Origin: Candidatus Omnitrophota bacterium
GTDB lineage: Bacteria > Omnitrophota > Gorgyraeia > Tantalellales > Tantalellaceae
Length of the DNA: 64,000 bases
Direction of reading: 5' to 3'
NCBI GenBank assembly: GCA_049642015.1
Contig: JBAROI010000054.1
Coordinates: 553-64,552, forward strand
Below are positions 15,717-24,726 of the stretch, one piece after another. The position numbers and the translations under genes were made by a program. Within the stretch, counting starts at the first letter, position 1, and every line of letters begins with the position of its first letter. The notes beneath the pieces are model-generated. The model was not told where the DNA came from. It made no database searches and saw only the letters and a list, made by a program, of their open reading frames with translations.

Positions 15717-17075
15717 ATGACAAATAAGATCATTGCGATGACACTTTGCTTTATGCTGGCCGGCATGCCGGCTTTGTCTCATGCCGAAAAGAAAGCTTTT
15801 TGGGTGGAAAGGGATTATAAGACAAATAAGATCAAACGGCTTGTTTCCCAGCTTTACGATAAAAGCAAGCGGACCCAGGCAAAGAAAGACCTTTCAAATT
15901 ACGGCCCGGATGTCCTTGAATATGTGATTCCCCTTCTTAATGACAAAGGCAACGAGTCTGTCCGCATTGCTGCGCTTTATATAATCGGGCAGGTCGGTGA
16001 CAGCTCAGCGGAAGAGGTAGTGGTCGAGAAACTGAGGGACCCGAGCCGCAGGGTAAGAAAGGAAGCGGCTAAGGCATTGAGCGCTATGGGCATGAAAGAT
16101 ATACCGGTCGTGGCCTATAAAGAAAAGAAAAGCCTTTGGGTAAAAAGGGAGACCGGGGAAAACAAGACAAAACGGCTCGCTTTCCAGCTTTACGATAAGC
16201 GCAAAAGAATGGACGCGCAAAGAAATCTTGCGGCTTACGGCAAAGAAGCCACCAGCTATGTTGTGCCGCTCCTGGAGGATAAGAATAATGAGTTCGTCCG
16301 CATCGCTGCTTTGCGTATTATAGCCGACGTGAAGGATAGCTCGGTGGAAGACCAGGTAATAAGAAGGTTGCGCGACAGGGACACCAGGGTAAGGCAGGAA
16401 GCGGCCAGAACGCTGAGCGTAATAGGTACCCAGAAAGCCGTAGACCCCCTAAAAAGGCTCCTTAATGACCGCGACACGAACGTCAGGTTCAACGCGCTCA
16501 TGGCGCTGACTAAAATAGCGCCGAAACAGGAAAAAGAGCTTTTCATAACCGCGCTTAATGATTATGATCCGCGTATCCGGATGGTCGCCATAATTGCTTT
16601 GGGAAAACTCAAGGCCCGCGATGCCGTGCCTTATCTTTCGCAGCTTGTCCAGGACTATGATCCCGCTGTCAGGATGCAGCTCGCGAAGGCGTTCGGGAGG
16701 ATAGGCAGCAAAGAGTGTCTGCAGCCCCTGTTCTGGCTTATGGGGGACCCTGATCCCAATGTAAGCATTCTTGCCGTTGAAAACATAAGCAGGCTCAATA
16801 TCCCCGAAGCCGAAACTCCGCTGATCGAGGCAGCATATAATCCCGATTCAAGGGTGGCCAGCATTGCCATATTGTCACTTGGAAGAAGGAACAGCCCGAA
16901 GGCGCTGGAGATCGCGAAAGAGAATCTGGATGATGAGCATATGTCAGTAAGGCTTGCCTGTATCGAAGTTATCGGGAGAAACGGAGACGAGGGAGACAGG
17001 CAGATGCTTGAGCCTCTTCTTGAAGCCGAATCATCCCAGGTAAGACAAAAGGCCAGAGAGGTCCTGCAGAGGTAA
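15717..17075 (+). CDS. HEAT-repeat (PBS-lyase-type) protein with signal peptide and internal ~110-aa duplication
   Basis: Repeated ...RVR.EAA.ALG... HEAT-like units; two near-duplicate N-terminal modules (KKAFWVERDYKTNKIKRL... / KKSLWVKRETGENKTKRL...). Confidence 0.55.
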   Translation: MTNKIIAMTLCFMLAGMPALSHAEKKAFWVERDYKTNKIKRLVSQLYDKSKRTQAKKDLSNYGPDVLEYVIPLLNDKGNESVRIAALYIIGQVGDSSAEEVVVEKLRDPSRRVRKEAAKALSAMGMKDIPVVAYKEKKSLWVKRETGENKTKRLAFQLYDKRKRMDAQRNLAAYGKEATSYVVPLLEDKNNEFVRIAALRIIADVKDSSVEDQVIRRLRDRDTRVRQEAARTLSVIGTQKAVDPLKRLLNDRDTNVRFNALMALTKIAPKQEKELFITALNDYDPRIRMVAIIALGKLKARDAVPYLSQLVQDYDPAVRMQLAKAFGRIGSKECLQPLFWLMGDPDPNVSILAVENISRLNIPEAETPLIEAAYNPDSRVASIAILSLGRRNSPKALEIAKENLDDEHMSVRLACIEVIGRNGDEGDRQMLEPLLEAESSQVRQKAREVLQR

Positions 17076-17084
17076 AAACAAGAG

Positions 17085-18200
17085 ATGACAACGGATAACA
17101 CGCCGTCAAGATCCAAGAGGTACTCAGCGGTAAAGACGCGTTTTTTTATTGCTGACCTTGTTCTGACGGTTGTAGCGCTTATGGTGTTTCAGCTATTCGT
17201 TTCCCGCGCCGTATCGCAGGCGGCCCTCAACTCGTTCAATTCCTTTTATCTCGCCTGCCTTGTCTACATGATGGTATTTTTGCTGTTCATGTATGTCGTG
17301 GGCTTCCCGCTTCATCTTGCGAGCTCTTTCTTTGTCGAGCGCCGTTACGGCCTGTCCGACCGGGGATTTCCGTCGTGGGCCCTGGATGAGATCAAATCCG
17401 TGGCGCTTTCTTCCGTTCTCTCGGTGATATGTATCCAGGTTTTTTATCTCGTCCTGCGCAATTTTCCGCATACGTGGTGGATAATCGTTTCGATACTCTG
17501 GATATTTTTTTCCATCGTTTTAAGCCGGCTTCTTCCCGTGCTGATCATCCCGATATTTTTCAAGTATATCCCGATCGAGAACAAGGAGCTTAAGGAAAGG
17601 ATACTTGATTTGGCGCGCAGAGCGGGTGTATCACTGACGGACATATGTCAGATAGATCTCAGCACGAAGACGAAGAAGGCCAACGCGGCGCTTGTGGGGC
17701 TGGGCAGGACGCGAAAAGTCATCCTCGCGGATACTTTAACAAATGAATTTACAACGGAAGAGGTAGAGGCAGTCGTTGCCCATGAATTCGGCCATTTCAA
17801 GTACAAGCATATCTGGCAGCTTCTCGCTTTTTCGGGAGCGGTCACCCTGGCGGGTTTCTATATCCTTTCTCTTGTAGCCGAAAAGCTGGTGAACTTGACC
17901 GGCGCGTCCGGGCTCGATGACTTATACCTTTTTCCGGCACTTTTGCTTCTCATGATCTTTTTCGGGCTTGTTATCCTGCCCTGGCAAAACCTGTTTTCGC
18001 GCGTGCTGGAGCGCCAGGCGGACAGATTCACCCTGGATATTACGGCCGACGCCGGCACTTTCATATCGGTAATGAGAAAGCTGGCTTCGATGAATCTGGC
18101 GGACGTCGATCCGTCATGGTGGCGGAAGGTGTTTTTTTACGATCATCCCCCGATAGTAGAGCGCATAAAGATGGCGGAGCATGGCAAGCAGCAAGCGTAA
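17085..18200 (+). CDS. M48-family zinc metallopeptidase (Ste24/CAAX-protease-like)
   Basis: Multi-TM; HEFGHFKYKH (HExxH) and downstream ERQADRF motif typical of M48A. Confidence 0.75.
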   Translation: MTTDNTPSRSKRYSAVKTRFFIADLVLTVVALMVFQLFVSRAVSQAALNSFNSFYLACLVYMMVFLLFMYVVGFPLHLASSFFVERRYGLSDRGFPSWALDEIKSVALSSVLSVICIQVFYLVLRNFPHTWWIIVSILWIFFSIVLSRLLPVLIIPIFFKYIPIENKELKERILDLARRAGVSLTDICQIDLSTKTKKANAALVGLGRTRKVILADTLTNEFTTEEVEAVVAHEFGHFKYKHIWQLLAFSGAVTLAGFYILSLVAEKLVNLTGASGLDDLYLFPALLLLMIFFGLVILPWQNLFSRVLERQADRFTLDITADAGTFISVMRKLASMNLADVDPSWWRKVFFYDHPPIVERIKMAEHGKQQA

Positions 18201-18834
18201 GATAAGAAAGATATACGGTTCTTTAGATAAATATTTCGGAAACCTTGGATGGTGGCCGGCAGATTCGGCGTTTGAGGTGATAGTCGGTGCGGTTTTGACG
18301 CAGAATACGGCATGGACGAATGTCGAAAAAGCCATAACTGAGCTGAAGCGGAACGGGCTTTTGAACCCCGAAAAGATAGAGCGGATGAGCGACACGCGCC
18401 TTGCGCGCCTTATACGGTCTTCCGGATATCATCGCGTGAAAGCGGCGAGACTGAAAGCCGTGTGCCGTTTTTTACGGGACGAATGCGGGTCGAAATTGTC
18501 CAGGCTCAAGAAGGAAAACACGAGTAAACTCAGGCAGAAACTTTTGAGCGTTAACGGCGTAGGGCCCGAAACAGCGGATTCGATCCTGATATACGCATTA
18601 AATAAACCCGTCTTTGTTGTGGATGCTTATACCAGGCGGATATTCGCGCGGCACGGACTTGTCCGGGATGACGCCTCTTACGGTGAAGTTCAGTCTATAG
18701 TGCATGAGGATTTCCCCAGGGAATACAAAAAACTCAACCAGTTTCATGCCCTTTTGGTCGAAACCGGAAAAAGGTTTTGCAAAAAGAAGAAAGGGCTTTG
18801 TAGGGAGTGTCCGTTAAAAGAGATCAGTCGTTAG
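18181..18834 (+). CDS. endonuclease III-related HhH-GPD base-excision repair protein
   Basis: LLSVNGVGPETADSILIY...VVDAYTRRIFARHGL HhH-GPD motif; C-terminal Cys cluster. Confidence 0.7.
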   Translation: MASSKRKIRKIYGSLDKYFGNLGWWPADSAFEVIVGAVLTQNTAWTNVEKAITELKRNGLLNPEKIERMSDTRLARLIRSSGYHRVKAARLKAVCRFLRDECGSKLSRLKKENTSKLRQKLLSVNGVGPETADSILIYALNKPVFVVDAYTRRIFARHGLVRDDASYGEVQSIVHEDFPREYKKLNQFHALLVETGKRFCKKKKGLCRECPLKEISR

Positions 18835-18854
18835 TTTTCAGAAAGGGGGGTGAA

Positions 18855-19139
18855 ATGATTTTCGGGATTTTTGGAGGCAAAAAGAAGGAAGAGGTCCTTA
18901 TAGGCGAAGTCGTGCATTTTTTTCCCAAGGTCAAGGCCGCAATTATAAAGGTAAACAAGGAGAAAGTGGCAATTGGGGACCGGATAAGGATCAAGGGTCA
19001 TACGACGAATTTTGACCAAACGATCAAGTCCATGCAGATAGAACATGAGTTGGTGGAAAGTGTTAAGAAAGGCGAAGAGGTGGCGGTAAAAGTCGGAAAG
19101 AAAGTAAGAAGAGGGGATCAGGTTTTTTTACTTAAGTAA
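18855..19139 (+). CDS. stand-alone homolog of the U32-peptidase C-terminal beta-barrel domain
   Basis: MQIEHELVESVKKGEEVAVKV...RGDQVFLLK parallels C-terminus of ORF 8055..9287 (MQIEHEAVESAEKGQAVGVKL...RDDKVFLWK); SD GAAAGGGGGG upstream. Confidence 0.5.
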   Translation: MIFGIFGGKKKEEVLIGEVVHFFPKVKAAIIKVNKEKVAIGDRIRIKGHTTNFDQTIKSMQIEHELVESVKKGEEVAVKVGKKVRRGDQVFLLK

Positions 19140-19147
19140 GGATCGGA

Positions 19148-19930
19148 ATGGAAGAAACAAGGAAAATACGAGATATAGCGGCTGAAGTTGTGCGCGAAAC
19201 GGGTAAAATCGCTTTCCAGAATATCGGGGAATTAAGAACAATAGAATACAAGAGTGCGCGGACTGACCTCGTGACCGATGTGGACAAACGGTGCGAAAGC
19301 ATTATTATCGAACGGATAAGGAAAGAATACCCCGATCATGCGATACTGGCCGAGGAAAGCGGAGAGAAGCAGGGCCAAAGCGAATACGAGTGGGTGGTAG
19401 ACCCGCTTGACGGTACGACAAATTACGCGCACAGATTTCCTGTTTTCTGCGTATCGATAGGGGTAAAGCGCGGCGATGAGGTAGAAGTCGGCGTTGTGTA
19501 CGATCCTTCGCGGGATGAATTATTTGAAGCATGCCGGGGGAAGGGCGCTTTACTTAATGGCAGTCCTATCAAGGTTTCTTCTGCAGATGCCGTTCGAGAT
19601 TCGCTCCTTGCGACAGGATTTGCGTATAACGTGGAAGGGAAGATAGCTAATCTGGATTACTTCAAGAGAATGCTCGAAAGCGCCCAGGCCGTGAGAAGGC
19701 TGGGATCAGCCGCAATAGACCTGTGTTACGTCGCTTGCGGCAGGCTTGACGGATTCTGGGAGCTGGGTCTAAACCCCTGGGACATGGCAGCGGCCCAGCT
19801 TATCGTGAAAGAAGCCGGAGGAATGGTCACGACGATGAAGGGCGGACAATTCGACATATCTAAAGATGATATACTCGCAAGTAACGGCAGGATCCATGAA
19901 GAAATGACGGACCTGTTTACCAACCTGTAA
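19148..19930 (+). CDS. inositol monophosphatase family protein
   Basis: WVVDPLDGTTNY and ...AAIDL... motifs of IMPase/SuhB family. Confidence 0.8.
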   Translation: MEETRKIRDIAAEVVRETGKIAFQNIGELRTIEYKSARTDLVTDVDKRCESIIIERIRKEYPDHAILAEESGEKQGQSEYEWVVDPLDGTTNYAHRFPVFCVSIGVKRGDEVEVGVVYDPSRDELFEACRGKGALLNGSPIKVSSADAVRDSLLATGFAYNVEGKIANLDYFKRMLESAQAVRRLGSAAIDLCYVACGRLDGFWELGLNPWDMAAAQLIVKEAGGMVTTMKGGQFDISKDDILASNGRIHEEMTDLFTNL

Positions 19931-20032
19931 AAAAAATCTCCCAAAAAGTTAGCCCAATTAAAGTCCAAGAATATTACATATTTCCTAAAAATAAGCGAAT
20001 TTAAACACGAAGTTAGGATATAAAAAAGCCAG

Positions 20033-20061
20033 TTGACTATTGTTCTTATTTATCATATAAT
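20033..20061 (+). promoter_or_regulatory. sigma70-like promoter TTGACT-17-TATAAT
   Basis: ttgact at 20033-20038, tataat at 20056-20061, ~50 nt upstream of ORF 20113. Confidence 0.55.
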
Positions 20062-20112
20062 GGTAAGCGAGAAAAAAGTTAGTATGCTTGGCATTACTTT
20101 GGGAGAAAAACG

Positions 20113-20484
20113 ATGAAATACAGAACGTTGATTGAGCTTATATGCGATGCGGCAAACAGGGAAGACGCGCTCCACACTGTAGGCGAGTATCTGCGCGGTG
20201 AAGTAGAATCAGGCGTTGATATGAGATTCAGGACCATTATGCTTGTCACGCACAAGATCCAGAAATACGGCGTGATGGGCCTTCTGGTCATGTTCTTCCT
20301 GTCTACGATCTTTCTTGGAGTAGCCACGAAAGAGAAGAACAAAAACCTTAGACACATCTCTAGTCTGATCTCAGGCAACACCTATACGATCCAGCCTGTC
20401 CTGAAAACCACTTGTAAAAACGGCTTTAAGAAAGCGTGGGAAAAGAAAAAGGACGAAGCAATTCTTGAATATATAAAGAAGTAA
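20113..20484 (+). CDS. hypothetical protein
   Basis: ORF downstream of a canonical promoter and upstream of an intrinsic terminator; no family recognised. Confidence 0.35.
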   Translation: MKYRTLIELICDAANREDALHTVGEYLRGEVESGVDMRFRTIMLVTHKIQKYGVMGLLVMFFLSTIFLGVATKEKNKNLRHISSLISGNTYTIQPVLKTTCKNGFKKAWEKKKDEAILEYIKK

Positions 20485-20509
20485 AAGCTGCTCGGCAAAA
20501 TTTGGATAA

Positions 20510-20541
20510 GAGAAGGGGTGGTAAAGCCCCTTCTTTTTTTG
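20510..20541 (+). terminator. rho-independent terminator
   Basis: gaagggg-tggtaaag-ccccttc hairpin followed by T7. Confidence 0.7.
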
Positions 20542-20605
20542 TCTACTATCTGGTAAAACCCTTTCCGGTTAGGTATAATTAACGCGTATAAAGGATAGGG
20601 GGAAT

Positions 20606-21037
20606 ATGGCCAGAAAAGGCGAAAAATCAAAAGCGGCCGGAAAGCTGAAGATACTTGTAGTTGACGACCAGATAGGCATATCTTCTTTTTTATTTGATTT
20701 CTTTAGCAAAAAAGGTTACGACGTCTTGCAGGCGAGAAACGCCAAAAAGGCGATAAAATTAGTGGAAAAGGAAAAACCACCCATCGTCCTCCTGGACATA
20801 CGGCTGGGCTGGGGAAAGAACGGAGTCGACGTGCTTAAGGAAATAAAGGAACTTGAGCCCAAGACAAAAGTCATTATGATGACGGGAGTGAAAGACGAAG
20901 AGATCATGAACAGGACCAGAGATCTCGGAGCTGACGATTATATTACAAAACCGTTCAGCCTATCGTACCTTGAAAAGGTCGTGGCGCTTAAGATATTGAA
21001 GCTTCAGATCGAGAGTATAGGCGAAAGCGAGGTGTAG
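20606..21037 (+). CDS. stand-alone response-regulator receiver (CheY-like) protein
   Basis: KILVVDDQ...LLDIRL...MMTG...ADDYITKPF receiver-domain signature residues. Confidence 0.75.
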   Translation: MARKGEKSKAAGKLKILVVDDQIGISSFLFDFFSKKGYDVLQARNAKKAIKLVEKEKPPIVLLDIRLGWGKNGVDVLKEIKELEPKTKVIMMTGVKDEEIMNRTRDLGADDYITKPFSLSYLEKVVALKILKLQIESIGESEV

Positions 21038-21041
21038 AGGT

Positions 21042-21545
21042 TTGGCAGGCAAAAAGATGTTCGGAGGACGCATTATTCGCCTTTTTGCGGGAAAGAAAAC
21101 CCTCCCCAACGGCAAGAAGGCTTATATCGAAGAGGTGGACCACCCCGGGGCGGCGCTCATTGTCCCGTTTGCTTCAGGCAAGATGGTTTTTGTCAGGCAG
21201 TATCGCGCAGTGATCGATAAGTATATCTGGGAGCTGCCAGCGGGCATAATCGACCGGGGAGAGACCCCTTACGCCTGCGCCAAAAGAGAGATCGCGGAGG
21301 AAACGGGCTACAGCGTGCGGAATCTTAGAAGAATAGGGGTCATATACACCTCGCCCGGTTTCTGCAATGAAAAAATTCATATATTCAGGGCTGATTGCGG
21401 GGCCAGAAAAGCGCCGGCTACGGAAGAACACGAGCTCTTAAGGGTCAGGCATTTCAGCAAAAAAGAGGTCGTCAGCCTGTTCAGGAGCGGCAAGATAACC
21501 GATTCAAAAACCATCGCGGCCCTGGCATTTGCGCGAGTTTTGTGA
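21042..21545 (+). CDS. NUDIX hydrolase (ADP-ribose pyrophosphatase-like)
   Basis: NUDIX box GIIDRGETPYACAKREIAEETGY. Confidence 0.75.
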   Translation: MAGKKMFGGRIIRLFAGKKTLPNGKKAYIEEVDHPGAALIVPFASGKMVFVRQYRAVIDKYIWELPAGIIDRGETPYACAKREIAEETGYSVRNLRRIGVIYTSPGFCNEKIHIFRADCGARKAPATEEHELLRVRHFSKKEVVSLFRSGKITDSKTIAALAFARVL

Positions 21546-21550
21546 AAGAC

Positions 21551-21579
21551 TTGACAATTCATATTATATGGGATATACT
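21551..21579 (+). promoter_or_regulatory. sigma70-like promoter TTGACA-17-TATACT
   Basis: ttgaca 21551-21556; tatact 21574-21579; ~25 nt upstream of ORF 21606. Confidence 0.55.
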
Positions 21580-21605
21580 CCAAGCAAAAGATTAAAGGGG
21601 GGAAA

Positions 21606-21896
21606 ATGAAAAGGTTTGTAACGTTTTTTATTATAGTCGCTGTCCTTTTTTGCGCGGTTAATGTTGGCGCGTTTGCATCTACAAACAAGCCCTTGAAAAA
21701 TCTCGGTCAGGGATTAGACGACATACTTTACGGACAGCTTGAGGTTCCGGACAGCATCGACGAAACAGGAACAAAAGGGACGCCGGCGTACCCGGACTGC
21801 ACAAGTAAGACCAACGATGATGTGGGAAGAGGTATAGCCAGATTTGTAGGAGGACTCTGGCGCATAGCGACCTTTTGGTACCCGGAAGAAGATTAA
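21606..21896 (+). CDS. hypothetical small secreted protein
   Basis: Signal peptide, 96 aa, AAGGGGGG SD, followed by bidirectional terminator. Confidence 0.35.
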   Translation: MKRFVTFFIIVAVLFCAVNVGAFASTNKPLKNLGQGLDDILYGQLEVPDSIDETGTKGTPAYPDCTSKTNDDVGRGIARFVGGLWRIATFWYPEED

Positions 21897-21916
21897 TTAG
21901 AATACTGGATCAATAA

Positions 21917-21956
21917 AAAAGCCCGTCTTATATGTAAGACGGGCTTTGTGTTTTTG
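21917..21956. terminator. bidirectional intrinsic terminator between convergent genes
   Basis: gcccgtctta-tatg-taagacgggc hairpin flanked by A-run upstream and T-run downstream. Confidence 0.7.
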
Positions 21957-21967
21957 CGGCCTATAGT

Positions 21968-22516
21968 TTATAGCTTATAGCTGTTATACTTAATAACATC
22001 ATTCCGCTGTTTTAGATTCTTTTCCGGAAGTTCCGTTTCCGCGGGATACCCCAGGGTAATAACCAGTTCGATCTTCTTGAAGCGGGGAACGCGCAGTATC
22101 TTTTTTATTTTCCTTTCATTGAACCAGCCCAATATACATGACCCGATACCAAGTTCCTGGGCCTGCAGAACCAGGTGCGCGCAGGCAATACCTATATCGG
22201 TATCCCGGAAATCGATGTTTCTTAGTTTTCCGCCGATCCACGCGGCAAATTTTTGTTTTTCTGAAACGATAGCGATGAACGCCCGTGCGTCACGCGTGAA
22301 GGAATTCAGATTGCCCGGTCCGTAAGCGGCGGCCCTTGCGACGAGGTCCCTTTTTTCGGGATCGTCGATTATGACGAAACTCCACGGCTGTGCATTACAG
22401 GCGGAAGGGGCGTGCCTCGCTGCTTCCACGCAGAGTTCAAGATCCTTCCGTTCAATGTTTTTGTCGGTATACGCTCGGACGCTTCGCCGCGATTTCGCAA
22501 GATCCAGAAATAACAT
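21968..22516 (-). CDS. nitroreductase-family protein
   Basis: SVRAYTDKNIE...AARHAPSACNAQPW nitroreductase signature; only clearly supported minus-strand gene in first half. Confidence 0.75.
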   Translation of the reverse strand: MLFLDLAKSRRSVRAYTDKNIERKDLELCVEAARHAPSACNAQPWSFVIIDDPEKRDLVARAAAYGPGNLNSFTRDARAFIAIVSEKQKFAAWIGGKLRNIDFRDTDIGIACAHLVLQAQELGIGSCILGWFNERKIKKILRVPRFKKIELVITLGYPAETELPEKNLKQRNDVIKYNSYKL

Positions 22517-22567
22517 GACTCCTCCTTCTGAGGCTGGCTATTTTGTATCATTTTGATTATAATATAG

Positions 22568-23389
22568 TTGATGCGCAAAGTTCAATATATAATTATGATA
22601 ATAGTTATTATGCTCGGGGCCGCGGGATGCGCCAATATTGGCACGATAAGGCCCCTGGTACAAGTTGGGGATATCTCCGGAGAAAAGGTTGCCGCTTCGA
22701 TGTCGGTCAAACCCCGGTTCCTTTCCCGCAAAAAGTTCACCTACTTAATGGCGTGGAACAGTATTCCTATCGGCAGCATTGTCGCCGAAGTGGGCGAGGT
22801 AAGGAAATACCGCGGGCGCGATGTGTACATAGTAACGCTTGTGACCCGCTCCAACAAGTTTCTTTCCAAGATATACAACGTGGAGGATACGTATACTTCG
22901 TACGTCGATGCGGAAACCATGACCAGCCGCAGGTATGAGGCTGACCGGAAGGAAGGGAACTATCGCAAGCACGTCATTGTAGAATATGATTTCGGAAAAA
23001 ACGAAGCCATTTATACGAATCTTACCGACGGTTCCGTTAAACGGTGCAAGATCGAAAAGAACGTCCAGGACCCCTTGAGCGCAATGTGCTATTTCATGGC
23101 GCTTCCGGTCAGCCTGGACGACAAGATCAGCATGACCGTGAACCTGAACGAGAAAAATTACAAGCTGTACGGACAGGTTGAAAGCGTGGATGTCGTGAAG
23201 TTGCCGGTTCTTGGATCGTTCCCCGCTTTCAGGATCAGGCCATACGCCGTCTTGGGGAATGAACGCGTGAAAAAAGGCAGGGGATGGATGTATTTTATGG
23301 CGGACGAAAAGCGGTACCCCCTTTACGGAGTTGTGTGGATACCTTTCGGCAGGGTGACTTCCACGCTTTCCGGGGTCGAGGACATTTAG
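22568..23389 (+). CDS. lipoprotein, DUF3108-like
   Basis: Lipobox LGAAGC; beta-rich sequence; family call tentative. Confidence 0.4.
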   Translation: MMRKVQYIIMIIVIMLGAAGCANIGTIRPLVQVGDISGEKVAASMSVKPRFLSRKKFTYLMAWNSIPIGSIVAEVGEVRKYRGRDVYIVTLVTRSNKFLSKIYNVEDTYTSYVDAETMTSRRYEADRKEGNYRKHVIVEYDFGKNEAIYTNLTDGSVKRCKIEKNVQDPLSAMCYFMALPVSLDDKISMTVNLNEKNYKLYGQVESVDVVKLPVLGSFPAFRIRPYAVLGNERVKKGRGWMYFMADEKRYPLYGVVWIPFGRVTSTLSGVEDI

Positions 23390-23396
23390 GAAGAAG

Positions 23397-24203
23397 ATGA
23401 GAAAAGATAAGCTGGCTATACTGTTGACCTTGCTTCTGGCTACGCCCTTTCTGACAGGCGGGGTAATGACGCTGAACCCGGCTACGGAAGAAGAGGAACT
23501 GATATTTATACCTGCTGCCAAGGAAAGGAACATGGGCAGAAACATCAATAAACAGGTGCACGAACACTTCAAGATCCCGGTAGATCCGCTTGTGCAGAAA
23601 CGCATAGACCAGATCGGCGAAAAACTTGCCGGAGGGACGGACAGAAGAGACATAGTATACCACTTCACGGCATTGAGCGATGAAAAAGAGGACAATTACA
23701 ACGCTTTCGCCGCTCCGGGAGGATATATTTATATATTTGACGATCTTGTCGAGACGATGGAAACGGACGACAAGATCGCCGCGGTTCTGGCCCATGAGAT
23801 GGGGCACATCGAGGCAAAGCATTCGATCAAGCGCCTTCAGGGCTCCCTCGGCACTACGCTGCTGCTGATCCTCGGCAGCCAGATGAGGACGGAGAAAGGC
23901 GACTTCGCCGCGGCAAACAAGGCGATCGGCCAGTTGATGATGGCGTATTCCCGTCACGACGAACGCCAGGCTGACGAACTTTCCGTTAGATACATGGAAA
24001 GAGCGGAGTTTGATCCGGACGGAGCCGTGCAGGCGCTTAAAACACTTAAAAAATTGCGTAAGAAGGCGCCGCTTATGAGGCATTCCTTTTACAGGAGCCA
24101 CCCGTATCTTTCGGAACGCATCGCGCACCTTAAGAACATTATCAGGGGATACACGGATTTTGAATCGTACATAAACATAATGCCCGAAAAGGAGAAATTA
24201 TGA
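23397..24203 (+). CDS. M48-family metallopeptidase (HtpX/BepA-like) with signal peptide
   Basis: LAHEMGHIEAKHS (HExxH) plus downstream glutamate; N-terminal signal. Confidence 0.7.
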   Translation: MRKDKLAILLTLLLATPFLTGGVMTLNPATEEEELIFIPAAKERNMGRNINKQVHEHFKIPVDPLVQKRIDQIGEKLAGGTDRRDIVYHFTALSDEKEDNYNAFAAPGGYIYIFDDLVETMETDDKIAAVLAHEMGHIEAKHSIKRLQGSLGTTLLLILGSQMRTEKGDFAAANKAIGQLMMAYSRHDERQADELSVRYMERAEFDPDGAVQALKTLKKLRKKAPLMRHSFYRSHPYLSERIAHLKNIIRGYTDFESYINIMPEKEKL

Positions 24204-24673
24204 AGAGAATAGCCATAGTTTATTATTCGAGGACGGGGAACACTGAGAAGATGGCCCGTCTTGTGGAGGAAGGGGTAAAATCAGAATCCGGCGTGCGGGC
24301 TGAAGTGAAGAAAGTCGAGGATTTCCCGGCCGCGGAAGCCCTGAAATACGACGGACTGATCATCGGCTCCCCCACGTATTACGGGTCCATGTCCTCCGAA
24401 ATAAAGAAATTCCTGGACGAGACGGTCGAGCACCACGGGAAGCTGTCCGGAAAAGTAGGCGCTGCTTTCAGTTCTGCCGCGAACGTGGGCGGCGGTAACG
24501 AGACCACGGTCCTGTCTGTCCTGAACGCGTTCTTGATCCATGGGATGATCGTCCAGGGGGACCACCGGGGTGACCATTATGGACCGGTTTCGATAGGCTC
24601 ACCCGACGCGCGTGTTAAAAAACAGTGCCACGCCCTCGGTAAGAAAGTGGCTGTGCTTGTGAAAATGCTTTGA
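24200..24673 (+). CDS. flavodoxin-like FMN-binding protein (WrbA/NADPH-FMN-reductase-like)
   Basis: IAIVYYSRTGNTEKMA and GSPTYYGSMSS flavodoxin-type phosphate/FMN-binding loops. Confidence 0.6.
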   Translation: MKRIAIVYYSRTGNTEKMARLVEEGVKSESGVRAEVKKVEDFPAAEALKYDGLIIGSPTYYGSMSSEIKKFLDETVEHHGKLSGKVGAAFSSAANVGGGNETTVLSVLNAFLIHGMIVQGDHRGDHYGPVSIGSPDARVKKQCHALGKKVAVLVKML

Positions 24674-24726
24674 ATTTCAGGATATTACAGTTATACTATA
24701 ATATTATTTAAAGAGAGGAGCCAGGG

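Noticed and set aside
22745-24128. Long minus-strand ORFs (22745..23695, 316 aa; 23295..24128, 277 aa) opposite the DUF3108-like and M48 peptidase genes
   Set aside because: They fully overlap + strand genes that have recognisable motifs (HExxH M48) and a signal peptide. They lack recognisable domains and arise from GC-rich antisense frames.
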